From positions 1 through 32,611 of the forward strand of contig JAJPYH010000139.1 of assembly GCA_021205045.1 (NCBI GenBank): a stretch of DNA of 32,611 bases, in the 5' to 3' direction. Positions 16,606 to 25,720 of this stretch are shown piece after piece (the stretch's first letter is position 1; the number at the start of each line of letters is the position of its first letter). Source of the stretch: Lachnospiraceae bacterium. GTDB lineage: Bacteria; Bacillota; Clostridia; Lachnospirales; Lachnospiraceae. The position numbers were made by a program, and so were the translations under genes. Under the pieces are notes generated by a model. It saw nothing but the letters and a program-made list of their open reading frames with translations. It did no database searches and had not been told where the DNA came from.

Positions 16606-18150
16606 ATGCCAAAGTGGTTAAAGGACGCGGTATTTTATGAGATTTATCCTCAGTCATTTTATGACACTAACGAGGACGGTATCGGTGATTTCAACGGGAT
16701 CATCGAAAAACTGGATTATATCAGGGGGCTGGGCTGCAATGCCCTGTGGATCAATCCCTGCTTTGACTCGCCGTTTAAGGATGCGGGTTATGATGTGAGG
16801 GATTACAAAAAGGCTGCTCCCAGATATGGTACGAACACAGATCTGTATCGCCTCTTCGGGGAGGCACATAACAGGGGGATGCATGTATTGCTGGACCTGG
16901 TGCCGGGGCATACCTCGGAAGAGCATCCCTGGTTTCAGGAGAGTAAGAAAGCGGAGCAAAATGAGTACTCCAACCGTTATGTCTGGACACGTCAGGCCTT
17001 TGAGGCCATGAAGGGCTTTCCGTATATCGGAGGGGAGAGCGAGAGGTCCGGCGTCTATATGCTGAATTTCTTTAAGAGCCAGCCGGCTCTGAATTATGGT
17101 TTTGGGGAATGCAGGGAAGGATGGCAGCTTCCTGCGGATCATCCGGACTGTATTGCCACGAGAGAGGCCATGAAGGATGTGATGCGCTTCTGGCTGGATC
17201 ACGGCTGCGATGGGTTTCGCGTGGATATGGCGGATTCTCTTGTCAAAAACGATGATGAAGATAAGTCTGCTACCTGTGCGATCTGGAGAAATGTGCGGGA
17301 AATGCTGGATGAGGAATACCCACAGGCCGCCATGGTCTCTGAGTGGAATAATCCGAAAAGAGCCCTAAGCGCGGCCGGCTTCCACATGGATTTTTATCTG
17401 AACTGGGGCGGAAACGGGTACAGTACGCTGATGCGGGATTATGAGTCAGGGGAGGATCACAGCTTTTTCAAAAAGGACGGGAAAGGGGATATCACCCGCT
17501 TCCTGAAGGAATATCTGCCACGTTACGATGCTGTAAAGGACGACGGTTATTATTGCCTGCTGACCTGCAATCACGATACCCTGCGTCCCAAATACAATCT
17601 GGATGATCAGGAGCTGAAAATCGCATACGCCTTTCTTTTCACAATGCCGGGAGTTACCTTTCTCTATTACGGCGATGCGATCGGAATGCGATATAGTAAT
17701 GTACACACAAAAGAAGGCGGGTATCAGCGTACAGGTTCGCGCACCCCAATGCAGTGGAGCGGGGAGAAAAACGCCGGTTTTTCCAAATGCCCCGCCGACA
17801 CGCTTTATCTGCCTGTGGATTCAGCGCCGGACGCTCCGAATGTGGCGGCGCAGGAAGCGGATGAGACTTCGCTTCTGAATACCGTAAAAGCCCTGCTTCG
17901 CTTAAGACACGAGGAGGAGGACCTGCAGGCGGACGCTGCGTTTGAGGTGGTATATGCCGGAAGCGGGAAGCTCCCCTTTGTGTACCGCAGGGGCAATATC
18001 CTGATTGCTTTGAATCCCTCCGCGGAGACAGTGAGCGCCCCGGTGGACGCCGGAGATCATAAGAAGCTTCGTTTCCTGATCGGCAGCGGAAAGGCGGAAG
18101 ATGGGAAAGTGATTCTTGGCCCTCAGTCCTTCCTGGTATTGAAATCCTGA
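16606..18150 (+). CDS. GH13 alpha-amylase-family enzyme (alpha-glucosidase / oligo-1,6-glucosidase type), cytoplasmic
   Basis: 514-aa ORF with SD GGAGGG. GH13 conserved regions are present: DLVPGHTS, GFRVDMAD (nucleophile), VSEWNN (acid/base) and CNHDT. N-terminus WLKDAVFYEIYPQSF. Confidence 0.88.
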   Translation: MPKWLKDAVFYEIYPQSFYDTNEDGIGDFNGIIEKLDYIRGLGCNALWINPCFDSPFKDAGYDVRDYKKAAPRYGTNTDLYRLFGEAHNRGMHVLLDLVPGHTSEEHPWFQESKKAEQNEYSNRYVWTRQAFEAMKGFPYIGGESERSGVYMLNFFKSQPALNYGFGECREGWQLPADHPDCIATREAMKDVMRFWLDHGCDGFRVDMADSLVKNDDEDKSATCAIWRNVREMLDEEYPQAAMVSEWNNPKRALSAAGFHMDFYLNWGGNGYSTLMRDYESGEDHSFFKKDGKGDITRFLKEYLPRYDAVKDDGYYCLLTCNHDTLRPKYNLDDQELKIAYAFLFTMPGVTFLYYGDAIGMRYSNVHTKEGGYQRTGSRTPMQWSGEKNAGFSKCPADTLYLPVDSAPDAPNVAAQEADETSLLNTVKALLRLRHEEEDLQADAAFEVVYAGSGKLPFVYRRGNILIALNPSAETVSAPVDAGDHKKLRFLIGSGKAEDGKVILGPQSFLVLKS

Positions 18151-18164
18151 ATAATCCTTATCAG

Positions 18165-18195
18165 ATTGCCTCCTGCCAGACGGGAGGCAATTTGT
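18165..18195 (+). terminator. Terminator-like hairpin after the GH13 gene
   Basis: attgcctcc pairs with ggaggcaat (9 bp) across a 9-nt loop. A short T-rich tail (tttgtg) follows. Confidence 0.55.
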
Positions 18196-18325
18196 GACTC
18201 CTGATTTACAGGGAGATGATTCAGATGACTTTGAAATGCCCGGTGCCGGCATGTATTTATGCATCCTTTACAGAAAGGTAATAAATTGTTCACGGTTCCT
18301 TCATTTCCGGCAAATAATCTTGTTG

Positions 18326-18354
18326 TTGAAGTAATTCGGGAAAAGTGATAAAAT
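18326..18354 (+). promoter_or_regulatory. Candidate sigma-70-type promoter for secA
   Basis: TTGAAG (18326-18331), a 17-nt spacer, then TAAAAT (18349-18354) with a TG extended -10 at 18346-18347. Confidence 0.5.
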
Positions 18355-18484
18355 GAACAGGACTGGCGAACTGGCAGAATTATTTTAGTGCAGGAAAATC
18401 CGGGGGAGATGCCGGAAAGAGGACCTGCACTTTCCACAGGTTTTATTTCAGAACAGATTTATATATATCAAGGAGTATCCCGGA

Positions 18485-21052
18485 ATGAAAGTAATTGATA
18501 AAGTATTTGGTACACACAGTGAACGCGAGCTGAAGCGTATCATGCCCATAGTGGATAAGATTGAGTCCCTGCGGGACAGCATGATGCAGCTTTCCGACGA
18601 GGAACTTAAGGCCAAAACGGTTGAATACAAAAAGCGCCTTCAGGAGGGAAAAACGCTGGATGACCTCCTGCCGGAGGCCTATGCCACGGTGCGCGAGGCG
18701 GCCAGGAGAACTCTGAATATGGAGCACTATCGGGTACAGCTCATTGGCGGCATTATTCTGCACCAGGGCCGTATTGCGGAGATGAAAACCGGTGAAGGCA
18801 AAACCCTGGTGTCCACTTTGCCGGCTTACCTGAACGCTTTGGAAGGAAAAGGGGTTCATATTGTCACGGTCAACGATTATCTGGCCAATCGCGATGCGGA
18901 GTGGATGGGAACCGTGCATCGTTTCCTGGGGCTGACTGTGGGCTGCGTGCTCAACAGTATGAAGCCGGAGGAGCGTAGAGAGCAGTACAACTGCGATATC
19001 ACCTATGTGACCAATAATGAGCTGGGCTTTGATTACCTGCGGGATAATATGGTGATTTACAAGGAGCAGCTGGTGCTGCGCGGACTTCACTACGCTATCA
19101 TCGATGAGGTGGACTCGGTGCTGATCGATGAAGCCCGCACACCGCTGATTATTTCCGGCCAGAGCGGCAAATCCACCAAGCTTTATGAGGCCTGTGATAT
19201 TCTGGCCCGCCAGATGGTCCGCGGCAAGGACGTGGAAGCGTTGTCCAAGATGGATGCCATCATGGGCGTTGAGCAGGAGGAATCCGGTGATTTTGTGGTC
19301 AATGAAAAGGACAAAATCGTCAACCTGACTGCCCAGGGCGTGGAAAAGGTAGAGAAGTTTTTTAAGATCGACAATTTCGCGGACGCGGAGAATCTGGAGA
19401 TTCAGCACAATATCATTCTGGCTCTGCGCGCTCACAATCTGATGTTCCGCGACCAGGATTATGTGGTCAAGGACGACCAGGTGCTGATTGTGGATGAGTT
19501 TACCGGCCGTATTATGCCGGGGCACCGCTATTCTGACGGTTTGCATCAGGCGATTGAGGCCAAAGAGGGCGTGAAGGTGAAGCGGGAGTCCAAGACCCTG
19601 GCCACCATCACTTTCCAGAATTTCTTCAATAAATTTGAGAAGAAGGCCGGCATGACCGGTACCGCGCTGACAGAGGAGAAGGAATTCCGTGAGATCTACG
19701 GCATGGACGTCATAGAGATTCCCACCAATAAGCCGGTGATCCGCGTGGATAAGCAGGACAGCGTATATAAGACAAAGAAGGAAAAGCTTCACGCCATTGT
19801 TGGAGCGGTGAAGGAAGCTTATGAAAGGCAGCAGCCCGTGCTGGTCGGCACGATCACCATCGAGTCCAGTGAGGAGATCAGTAAGCTTTTGCGCAAGGAG
19901 GGAATCCCTCATGAGGTGCTGAACGCCAAGTTCCATGAAAGAGAGGCGGAGATTGTCTCTTTAGCGGGTCTGCACGGGGCAGTGACTATCGCCACCAACA
20001 TGGCCGGCCGTGGTACGGATATCAAGCTGGATGATATCGCCAGACAGGCAGGCGGCCTGCGAATTGTGGGCACAGAGCGTCATGAGTCCAGACGAATTGA
20101 CAATCAGCTGCGTGGACGAAGCGGCCGTCAGGGAGATCCGGGAGAGTCCCAGTTCTTTATTTCACTGGAGGACGACCTGATGCGCCTGTTCGGCTCGGAG
20201 AAGCTGATCGGTGTGTTCAATGGTCTGGGCATTCCGGAAAATCAGGAAATCGAGCACAAATCCCTGACGAAGGCTATTGAGGGCGCTCAGAAGAAGATTG
20301 AGGGCAACAACTTTGGCGTGCGTAAGAATCTGCTGGAGTATGACCAGGTGATGAATGAGCAGCGCGAGGTCATATACGAGGAACGCCGCAGGGTTCTGGA
20401 CGGCGAGAGCATGAGAGACTCCATCATTAAGATGGTGCAGGATATCGTGGACGGCGCCGTAGATACCGTGGTGAGAGATGAGGCGGATCCGGAGGAATGG
20501 GATCTGAATGAACTCAATTCCATTCTGCTTCCCACCATTCCGCTGCAGCCGCTGACAAAAGAGCAGGTTGCGGATCTGAATAAAGGCAGCTTAAAGCAGC
20601 AGCTGAAAGAAGAGGCTGTAAAGCTGTACGAAGCCAAGGAGGCGGAATTCCCGGAGGCGGAGACCATGCGTGAAATTGAGCGTGTGATTCTGTTAAAGTG
20701 CGTTGACCGCAAGTGGATGGATCACATTGACGATATGGATCAGCTTCGTCAGGGAATAGGACTTGCGGCCTATGGGCAGAAGGATCCGCTGGTTGAGTAC
20801 AAGATGAGCGGTTATGACCTGTTTGAGGAAATGACCAATAATATCAGAGAGGAAACAGTCCGTGTTCTGTATCGCGTGAAGCTGGAACAGAAGGTGGAAC
20901 GTGAGCAGGTGGCGAAGGTCACCGGCACCAATAAGGACGAAACCGCGGTCAGAAAGCCGATCAGGAAGGAAGCCAAAAAGATTTATCCCAATGATCCCTG
21001 TCCCTGCGGTTCCGGCAAGAAATACAAACAGTGCTGCGGCCGGCTGAAGTGA
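18485..21052 (+). CDS. secA: Preprotein translocase ATPase SecA
   Basis: 855-aa ORF with SD AAGGAG. Walker A motif [14 protein letters not shown]-like motor region, and a C-terminal zinc-binding tail [14 protein letters not shown]. Confidence 0.97.
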   Translation: MKVIDKVFGTHSERELKRIMPIVDKIESLRDSMMQLSDEELKAKTVEYKKRLQEGKTLDDLLPEAYATVREAARRTLNMEHYRVQLIGGIILHQGRIAEMKTGEGKTLVSTLPAYLNALEGKGVHIVTVNDYLANRDAEWMGTVHRFLGLTVGCVLNSMKPEERREQYNCDITYVTNNELGFDYLRDNMVIYKEQLVLRGLHYAIIDEVDSVLIDEARTPLIISGQSGKSTKLYEACDILARQMVRGKDVEALSKMDAIMGVEQEESGDFVVNEKDKIVNLTAQGVEKVEKFFKIDNFADAENLEIQHNIILALRAHNLMFRDQDYVVKDDQVLIVDEFTGRIMPGHRYSDGLHQAIEAKEGVKVKRESKTLATITFQNFFNKFEKKAGMTGTALTEEKEFREIYGMDVIEIPTNKPVIRVDKQDSVYKTKKEKLHAIVGAVKEAYERQQPVLVGTITIESSEEISKLLRKEGIPHEVLNAKFHEREAEIVSLAGLHGAVTIATNMAGRGTDIKLDDIARQAGGLRIVGTERHESRRIDNQLRGRSGRQGDPGESQFFISLEDDLMRLFGSEKLIGVFNGLGIPENQEIEHKSLTKAIEGAQKKIEGNNFGVRKNLLEYDQVMNEQREVIYEERRRVLDGESMRDSIIKMVQDIVDGAVDTVVRDEADPEEWDLNELNSILLPTIPLQPLTKEQVADLNKGSLKQQLKEEAVKLYEAKEAEFPEAETMREIERVILLKCVDRKWMDHIDDMDQLRQGIGLAAYGQKDPLVEYKMSGYDLFEEMTNNIREETVRVLYRVKLEQKVEREQVAKVTGTNKDETAVRKPIRKEAKKIYPNDPCPCGSGKKYKQCCGRLK

Positions 21053-21195
21053 GAGAACTGATTTTACAGTTGATATAACCGAAGGCGATTGAAGTGAAGA
21101 GCAATGTCAGATGATACCATGATGATTGCAGGAGGAGAGGCAGCAGACGCGGTTGATCGGCATGAAAAAGAATGAGGATGAATTGAGGATTTGAT

Positions 21196-22311
21196 ATGGT
21201 AGAACTGGAACAGGCCAGACAAAAATTGCAGACATACGAGGAGCCGTTAAAGGAGGTGCGCGATTCTCTGGGCCTGGAGAGTAAGCAGAAGCGGATTGAA
21301 GAGCTGGAAATGGAAATGGCGGCTCCTAATTTCTGGGACGACCCGGACTACTCCAATAAGCGCATGAAGGAACTGAAAAACTTAAAGGATACTGTCAGTC
21401 TGGTGAACGGCCTCGCTGCTCAGATGGAGGATATCTACACACTGATTGAGATGGGAAATGAGGAAGAGGACGAGAGTCTGATCCCGGAAGTGACAGCGGA
21501 GATGGAGGACTTTATCAATCAGCTGGAGGATCTGCGTATCAGCACTCTTTTATCCGGTGAATATGATAAAAATAACGCCATTCTCAAGCTGAACGCCGGA
21601 GCCGGAGGCACGGAGAGCTGCGACTGGGCGGGGATGCTTTACCGCATGTACACCCGCTGGGCGGAGCGCAGGGGTTTTGAGATTCAGGTGCTGGATTATC
21701 TGGATGGAGATGAGGCGGGGATTAAATCTGTGACCTGGCAGGTCAATGGAGAGAATGCCTACGGATATCTGAAGTCGGAGAAAGGGGTACACCGGCTGGT
21801 TCGCATTTCTCCCTTTAACGCGCAGGGAAAGCGTCAGACCTCTTTTGTATCCTTAGATGTGATGCCGGAACTGAATGATGATATTGAGATTGATATCAAT
21901 CCGGAGGATCTGAAGATTGATACCTATCGCAGCAGCGGAGCCGGCGGCCAGCACATCAATAAGACATCCTCCGCGGTTCGCATCACCCATATTCCCACCG
22001 GGATTGTGGTAGCCTGTCAGGAGGAGCGGAGCCAATTTCAAAATAAAGACAAGGCCATGCAGATGCTGAAATCCAAGCTGTATATGCTGCAGCAGGAAAC
22101 CAACGCGGAGAAGCTTTCCGATATCCGCGGAGAGATCAAGGAGATCGGATGGGGCAGTCAGATTCGTTCCTATGTGCTGCAGCCTTATACGATGGTCAAG
22201 GATCACCGCACCAATCTGGAGACCGGCAACGTGGATGCTGTACTGGATGGAGAGCTGGATCCCTTTATTAACGCTTATTTAAAGCAGCAGAGTCTTGAAA
22301 CGGGAGCATAA
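21196..22311 (+). CDS. prfB: Peptide chain release factor 2 (single uninterrupted frame)
   Basis: 371-aa ORF with SD GAGGA 6 nt upstream. Contains the SPF tripeptide (RISPFNAQ) and the GGQ motif (SGAGGQHINK). Conserved secA-prfB adjacency. Confidence 0.95.
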   Translation: MVELEQARQKLQTYEEPLKEVRDSLGLESKQKRIEELEMEMAAPNFWDDPDYSNKRMKELKNLKDTVSLVNGLAAQMEDIYTLIEMGNEEEDESLIPEVTAEMEDFINQLEDLRISTLLSGEYDKNNAILKLNAGAGGTESCDWAGMLYRMYTRWAERRGFEIQVLDYLDGDEAGIKSVTWQVNGENAYGYLKSEKGVHRLVRISPFNAQGKRQTSFVSLDVMPELNDDIEIDINPEDLKIDTYRSSGAGGQHINKTSSAVRITHIPTGIVVACQEERSQFQNKDKAMQMLKSKLYMLQQETNAEKLSDIRGEIKEIGWGSQIRSYVLQPYTMVKDHRTNLETGNVDAVLDGELDPFINAYLKQQSLETGA

Positions 22312-22324
22312 GGAGATATGATTT

Positions 22325-22362
22325 CGCCCGGCAGCCGGTCTGATTGGGACCGATTGCCGGGC
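22325..22362. terminator. GC-rich hairpin between convergent prfB and the DUF975 gene (no clear U-tract)
   Basis: cgcccggca pairs with tgccgggcg, and the inner cggtc pairs with gaccg. No strong T-run follows on either strand. Confidence 0.4.
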
Positions 22363-22393
22363 GGATGAAATGTTCGGCTGATTGTTGATTGCG

Positions 22394-23176
22394 CTATTGC
22401 GCAGTTGATTTGCTCTTTACCAGATTCAGATAAAACTCTACATTGGTACAGCCCATATAGGGCAGCAAATACAGAAAGCCTATCCCCAGGGTGACGACGG
22501 AGAGCAGAGACCAGGGAATAAAGCTGAGCTGCAGGCCCAGCAGACGAAGTCGATTTCCCTTCATCAGCTGCGAGGATCTTTTGTAGGCCTGAGTAACCGT
22601 CAGATCAGGAAAATCCACAAGAACACGTGTCGTCTGGGAGTAGGTCAGAGAAATCCAGGCGGCATACAGGACATAAGCCAGAGTCAGTACGATGACAAAC
22701 ACAAGCAGAGCAGCCGTCACAGCAGCGGGCAGGCTGATATCCGGCAGGTAGTCGATGTCTCCGTACAGATACAGCATCAGCGTATCCACATCGCTCCCGG
22801 CCAGGAAGAAGACTGAGGCGATAAATATTCCGATAAAGTAAATGATCGTTCCGGGCAGCATATAGAGGATCTGCATCAGGTAATTGCCCAGGAATCTGAT
22901 GGGGTGATTTTTGAAGGCGTAAAGAAAATCTGCCACTCCGGCGTTGCTGCCCTGGCCGCAGCACAGCTTGAAATAAAAGCTGACAAGCCCAACCTCAAGC
23001 CAGATATTGAGCAGACTGATAACCAGCGACAGAAAGATGACCGAATCACTGTAATTGGAACCCAGGGAGATGCTGGAGATGAGGAACATGATCAGCCGCA
23101 TTGTGATTGCCGCAAACCAGTGGCCTCGCAGGGAATTTTTGGCAGCGATTTTTAATTCCGCGTTTGTATGACACAT
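22394..23176 (-). CDS. DUF975-family integral membrane protein
   Basis: 260-aa polytopic membrane ORF with SD AAGGAG. The N-terminus ELKIAAKNSLRGHWFAAI resembles the DUF975 signature as I recall it. Confidence 0.68.
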   Translation of the reverse strand: MCHTNAELKIAAKNSLRGHWFAAITMRLIMFLISSISLGSNYSDSVIFLSLVISLLNIWLEVGLVSFYFKLCCGQGSNAGVADFLYAFKNHPIRFLGNYLMQILYMLPGTIIYFIGIFIASVFFLAGSDVDTLMLYLYGDIDYLPDISLPAAVTAALLVFVIVLTLAYVLYAAWISLTYSQTTRVLVDFPDLTVTQAYKRSSQLMKGNRLRLLGLQLSFIPWSLLSVVTLGIGFLYLLPYMGCTNVEFYLNLVKSKSTAQ

Positions 23177-23320
23177 ATGTGCTCCTTTTTAATATAAAAA
23201 ATAGTGCTTCAGCGGTTTTGGCCCGCATTCTTTGCGGTTATTATAGCATGACGCATTTCAAAACACAATGCGGGCGCAATGTAAGTTTTTCTAAAAATTT
23301 TGTGATACAGGGGTAATGAT

Positions 23321-23806
23321 ATGATGGGACCATTGAAAGTAGATGTCAAGATCAACAGCGGGGATTTATACGATTATATGCTGCGCCATGCTTATCATGG
23401 TGCTCAGGGGCTTTTGGGAAGCTGCGTGGGAGCGCTGGCAATCCTGATTTTTCTGAGCAATCATCAGTGGATTTATCTGATTGCGGGCGTGGTGATGCTG
23501 GGGTATCTTCCGTGGACTCTTTTTTTAAAAAGCAAACAGCAGGCGCTCAATACTCCGGCCTTCCGGGAAGTACTTCACTATGAGTTCAATGAGGAGGGCA
23601 TTTCGGTCAGTCAGGGGGAAACCACAGAGAGCATGAACTGGAAGGACATGTATCGGGCTGTGTCCACGAGACGCAGTATCATTATTTATACTACCCGGGT
23701 GAATGCCTGTATTTTCCCGCGCAGGGAATTAAAGGAACAGGAAATGGATGTGATTCAGTTTATCTGCACGCACATGGACCCCAAAAAGGTAAGGATCAGA
23801 AACTGA
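23321..23806 (+). CDS. YcxB-like membrane-anchored protein
   Basis: 161 aa with two central hydrophobic helices (ALAILIFL..., YLIAGVVMLGYLPW). The C-terminal soluble part has the pattern (W.DMYRAV.T...IIIY) typical of YcxB-like proteins as I recall them. Confidence 0.58.
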   Translation: MMGPLKVDVKINSGDLYDYMLRHAYHGAQGLLGSCVGALAILIFLSNHQWIYLIAGVVMLGYLPWTLFLKSKQQALNTPAFREVLHYEFNEEGISVSQGETTESMNWKDMYRAVSTRRSIIIYTTRVNACIFPRRELKEQEMDVIQFICTHMDPKKVRIRN

Positions 23807-23863
23807 GGAAACGCTGCAATTCTTCATGATGAATTCCTTATGATACTGATATGAGGAGGATGA

Positions 23864-24301
23864 ATGAAAAAAATCACAGAGACATTTTCGCCAGAGGAAA
23901 CCTTTGCCCTGGGGGAAAAGATGGGGCGCGAGGCTGAACCGGGAAGCCTGATTACTCTGGTGGGGGATCTTGGTGTAGGCAAGACTGTGTTCACGCAGGG
24001 AGTGGCCGCGGGTCTGGGGATCACAGAGCCGGTATCCAGTCCTACATTCACCATTCTGCAGGTCTACGAGGAGGGCCGTCTGCCCTTTTATCACTTTGAC
24101 GTGTATCGAATCGGGGATCCTGAGGAGATGGAGGAGATCGGCTATGAGGATTATTTTTACGGAGAAGGACTGTGCATGGTGGAGTGGGCGAATCTGATAG
24201 AGGAGCTGCTGCCCGCGGACTGCACACGGATTACCATACAAAAGGATCCGAACCGGGGCTTTGACTATCGGAGAATTATTGTGGAAAGGGGAACAGATTG
24301 A
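23864..24301 (+). CDS. tsaE: tRNA t6A37 biosynthesis ATPase TsaE
   Basis: 145 aa with SD GAGGAGGA. P-loop GDLGVGKTVFTQG. Followed by tsaB and rimI. Confidence 0.9.
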   Translation: MKKITETFSPEETFALGEKMGREAEPGSLITLVGDLGVGKTVFTQGVAAGLGITEPVSSPTFTILQVYEEGRLPFYHFDVYRIGDPEEMEEIGYEDYFYGEGLCMVEWANLIEELLPADCTRITIQKDPNRGFDYRRIIVERGTD

Positions 24302-24363
24302 GTGAACAGCGGCGGACAAAAAGCTGTTTTCACTTATTTCCTGTCTGGAATAATAATATAGAA

Positions 24364-25137
24364 ATGAAAATATTGGCAATTGACAGCTCCGGGCTGGTGG
24401 CGACGGTGGCCCTCCTGGAGGATGAGGATCTGATCGCGGAGTATACCGTCCATTATAAAAAAACACATTCCCAGACGCTGCTTCCCATGCTGGATCAAAT
24501 CAAGAGCATGACGGAACTGGATTTAAAAACCGTTGACGCCATTGCTGTGGCCAGCGGCCCCGGTTCCTTTACCGGCCTGCGCATCGGCTCGGCAACCGCC
24601 AAGGGATTGGCACAGGGGCTGAATAAGCCTGTCATTGAAGTGCCCACACTGGAAGGCCTGGCCTGGCAGATGTATGGCTGTTCCGCCCTGATCTGCCCTC
24701 TGATGGATGCCAGGAGGGATCAGGTTTATACAGGGATATATGCCTTTGTACCGGCCAGACAAAGCGATGATAAGACTGAGAAAAAGGCAGCCCCCGGGGA
24801 CGGCGTGAGTCAGGATTATGAAATGAAGTGCCTGATGGAGGGAACCTGCTGTCTGCTGCCGCAGGTGGTAAGAAAGCTGAACGAGATGGGAGAAGCTGTA
24901 GTACTCCTGGGGGACGGCGCGCAGGTGTATCGTGAGAAACTGAAAGAGACACTGACCGTGCCCTATACCTTTGCTCCGGCGCATCGGCGGCTTCAGAGCG
25001 CCGCTGCTGTGGGAGCGCTGGCGCTGCGATATGCCGCCCAAGGGAAAATGGTATCCTGCTATGAACACAAGCCGGAGTATTTTCGCCTGAGTCAGGCGGA
25101 GCGGGAGCGGCAGGAGGCATTGCATCATGGCACTTGA
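24364..25137 (+). CDS. tsaB: tRNA t6A37 biosynthesis protein TsaB
   Basis: Canonical TsaB N-terminus MKILAIDSSG at ATG 24364. The track's longer ORF begins at TTG 24298, overlapping the tsaE stop, and would add an atypical 22 aa. Start is uncertain. Confidence 0.85.
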   Translation: MKILAIDSSGLVATVALLEDEDLIAEYTVHYKKTHSQTLLPMLDQIKSMTELDLKTVDAIAVASGPGSFTGLRIGSATAKGLAQGLNKPVIEVPTLEGLAWQMYGCSALICPLMDARRDQVYTGIYAFVPARQSDDKTEKKAAPGDGVSQDYEMKCLMEGTCCLLPQVVRKLNEMGEAVVLLGDGAQVYREKLKETLTVPYTFAPAHRRLQSAAAVGALALRYAAQGKMVSCYEHKPEYFRLSQAERERQEALHHGT

Positions 25138-25567
25138 GATTCGCCCGATGGAAGCGGCAGATGTGCCTGCCGTGGCTGCCATTGAGTCTGCGGTTTTTTC
25201 CGAGCCCTGGAGCGGGAAATCCTTTCTGGAAATGTTAGAGCGGGAGGACACCCTGTATCTGACAGCTGTGTCAGAAGGAAAAATCGCAGGAATGTGCGGC
25301 CTTCTCATCGGCCCTTACGAGGCGGAGCTCTTTAACGTGGCTGTGGCTCCCGACCTCCAGGGAAAGGGCATCGCCGGAAGAATGCTCCCAGAGCTTCTGC
25401 GCCGCGGCTTTGAGAGAGGGGTCAGAGAGTTTACACTGGAAGTGCGCGCCTCCAACCGGGTCGCAATCCATTTGTATGAAAAAAACGGCTTCGTCGCCGA
25501 GGGAGTGAGACCCCATTTTTATTTAAACCCGGAGGAGGACGCCCTGATCATGTGGAATCGGGGATGA
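25127..25567 (+). CDS. rimI: Ribosomal-protein-alanine N-acetyltransferase (GNAT)
   Basis: 146-aa GNAT protein with the acetyl-CoA motif VAVAPDLQGKGIAGRML. SD GGAGG lies upstream. Overlaps tsaB by 11 nt. Conserved tsaE-tsaB-rimI context. Confidence 0.85.
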   Translation: MALEIRPMEAADVPAVAAIESAVFSEPWSGKSFLEMLEREDTLYLTAVSEGKIAGMCGLLIGPYEAELFNVAVAPDLQGKGIAGRMLPELLRRGFERGVREFTLEVRASNRVAIHLYEKNGFVAEGVRPHFYLNPEEDALIMWNRG

Positions 25568-25608
25568 ACTGACTTTACGCGATTTTATGAAAAAATTGCG
25601 GCTGAGCA

Positions 25609-25685
25609 GGTGCTGTGATTTCATATAAACGAAAGCGAAGATGAACGATGAGTTTTGAGCCGTGTTTATATGAAATCACAGCACC
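25609..25685. repeat. Perfect 22-bp inverted repeat (large hairpin) between rimI and rnz
   Basis: ggtgctgtgatttcatataaac (25609-25630) is the exact reverse complement of gtttatatgaaatcacagcacc (25664-25685). The loop is 33 nt. Confidence 0.9.
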
Positions 25686-25720
25686 GGAAACATTGCTGAA
25701 AAAATGAGAGAGATAATTTT

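Noticed and set aside
18225-18281. An 18-codon ORF (MTLKCPVPACIYASFTER) with GGGAG 9 nt upstream
   Set aside because: It lies between the GH13 terminator and the secA promoter, with no promoter of its own that I can see. It cannot be distinguished from chance.
18443-19936. A 497-aa ORF antisense to secA, the longest non-annotated ORF in the track
   Set aside because: It lies entirely inside the unambiguous secA coding frame. It has no SD or promoter, and its low-complexity composition (L/H/Q/G-rich) is not protein-like. It is a typical shadow ORF produced by codon bias on the opposite strand.
21104-21175. A 23-codon ORF (MSDDTMMIAGGEAADAVDRHEKE) in the secA-prfB spacer
   Set aside because: It has no convincing SD before ATG 21104 and no supporting structure. 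It is too short to evaluate without comparative data.
21053-21330. Expected a short ORF0 plus a CTT TGA C frameshift site for prfB
   Set aside because: I found no such motif, and the RF2 frame is continuous from ATG 21196. It is reported as a finding (absence of the frameshift) rather than annotated as recoding.
24298-24363. TTG-initiated 22-aa N-terminal extension of TsaB, overlapping the tsaE stop with a GGGGA SD
   Set aside because: The extension (MSEQRRTKSCFHLFPVWNNNIE) is atypical for TsaB and partly AT-rich and non-coding-like. The canonical MKILAIDSSG start at 24364 is preferred. This is flagged as uncertain rather than excluded.
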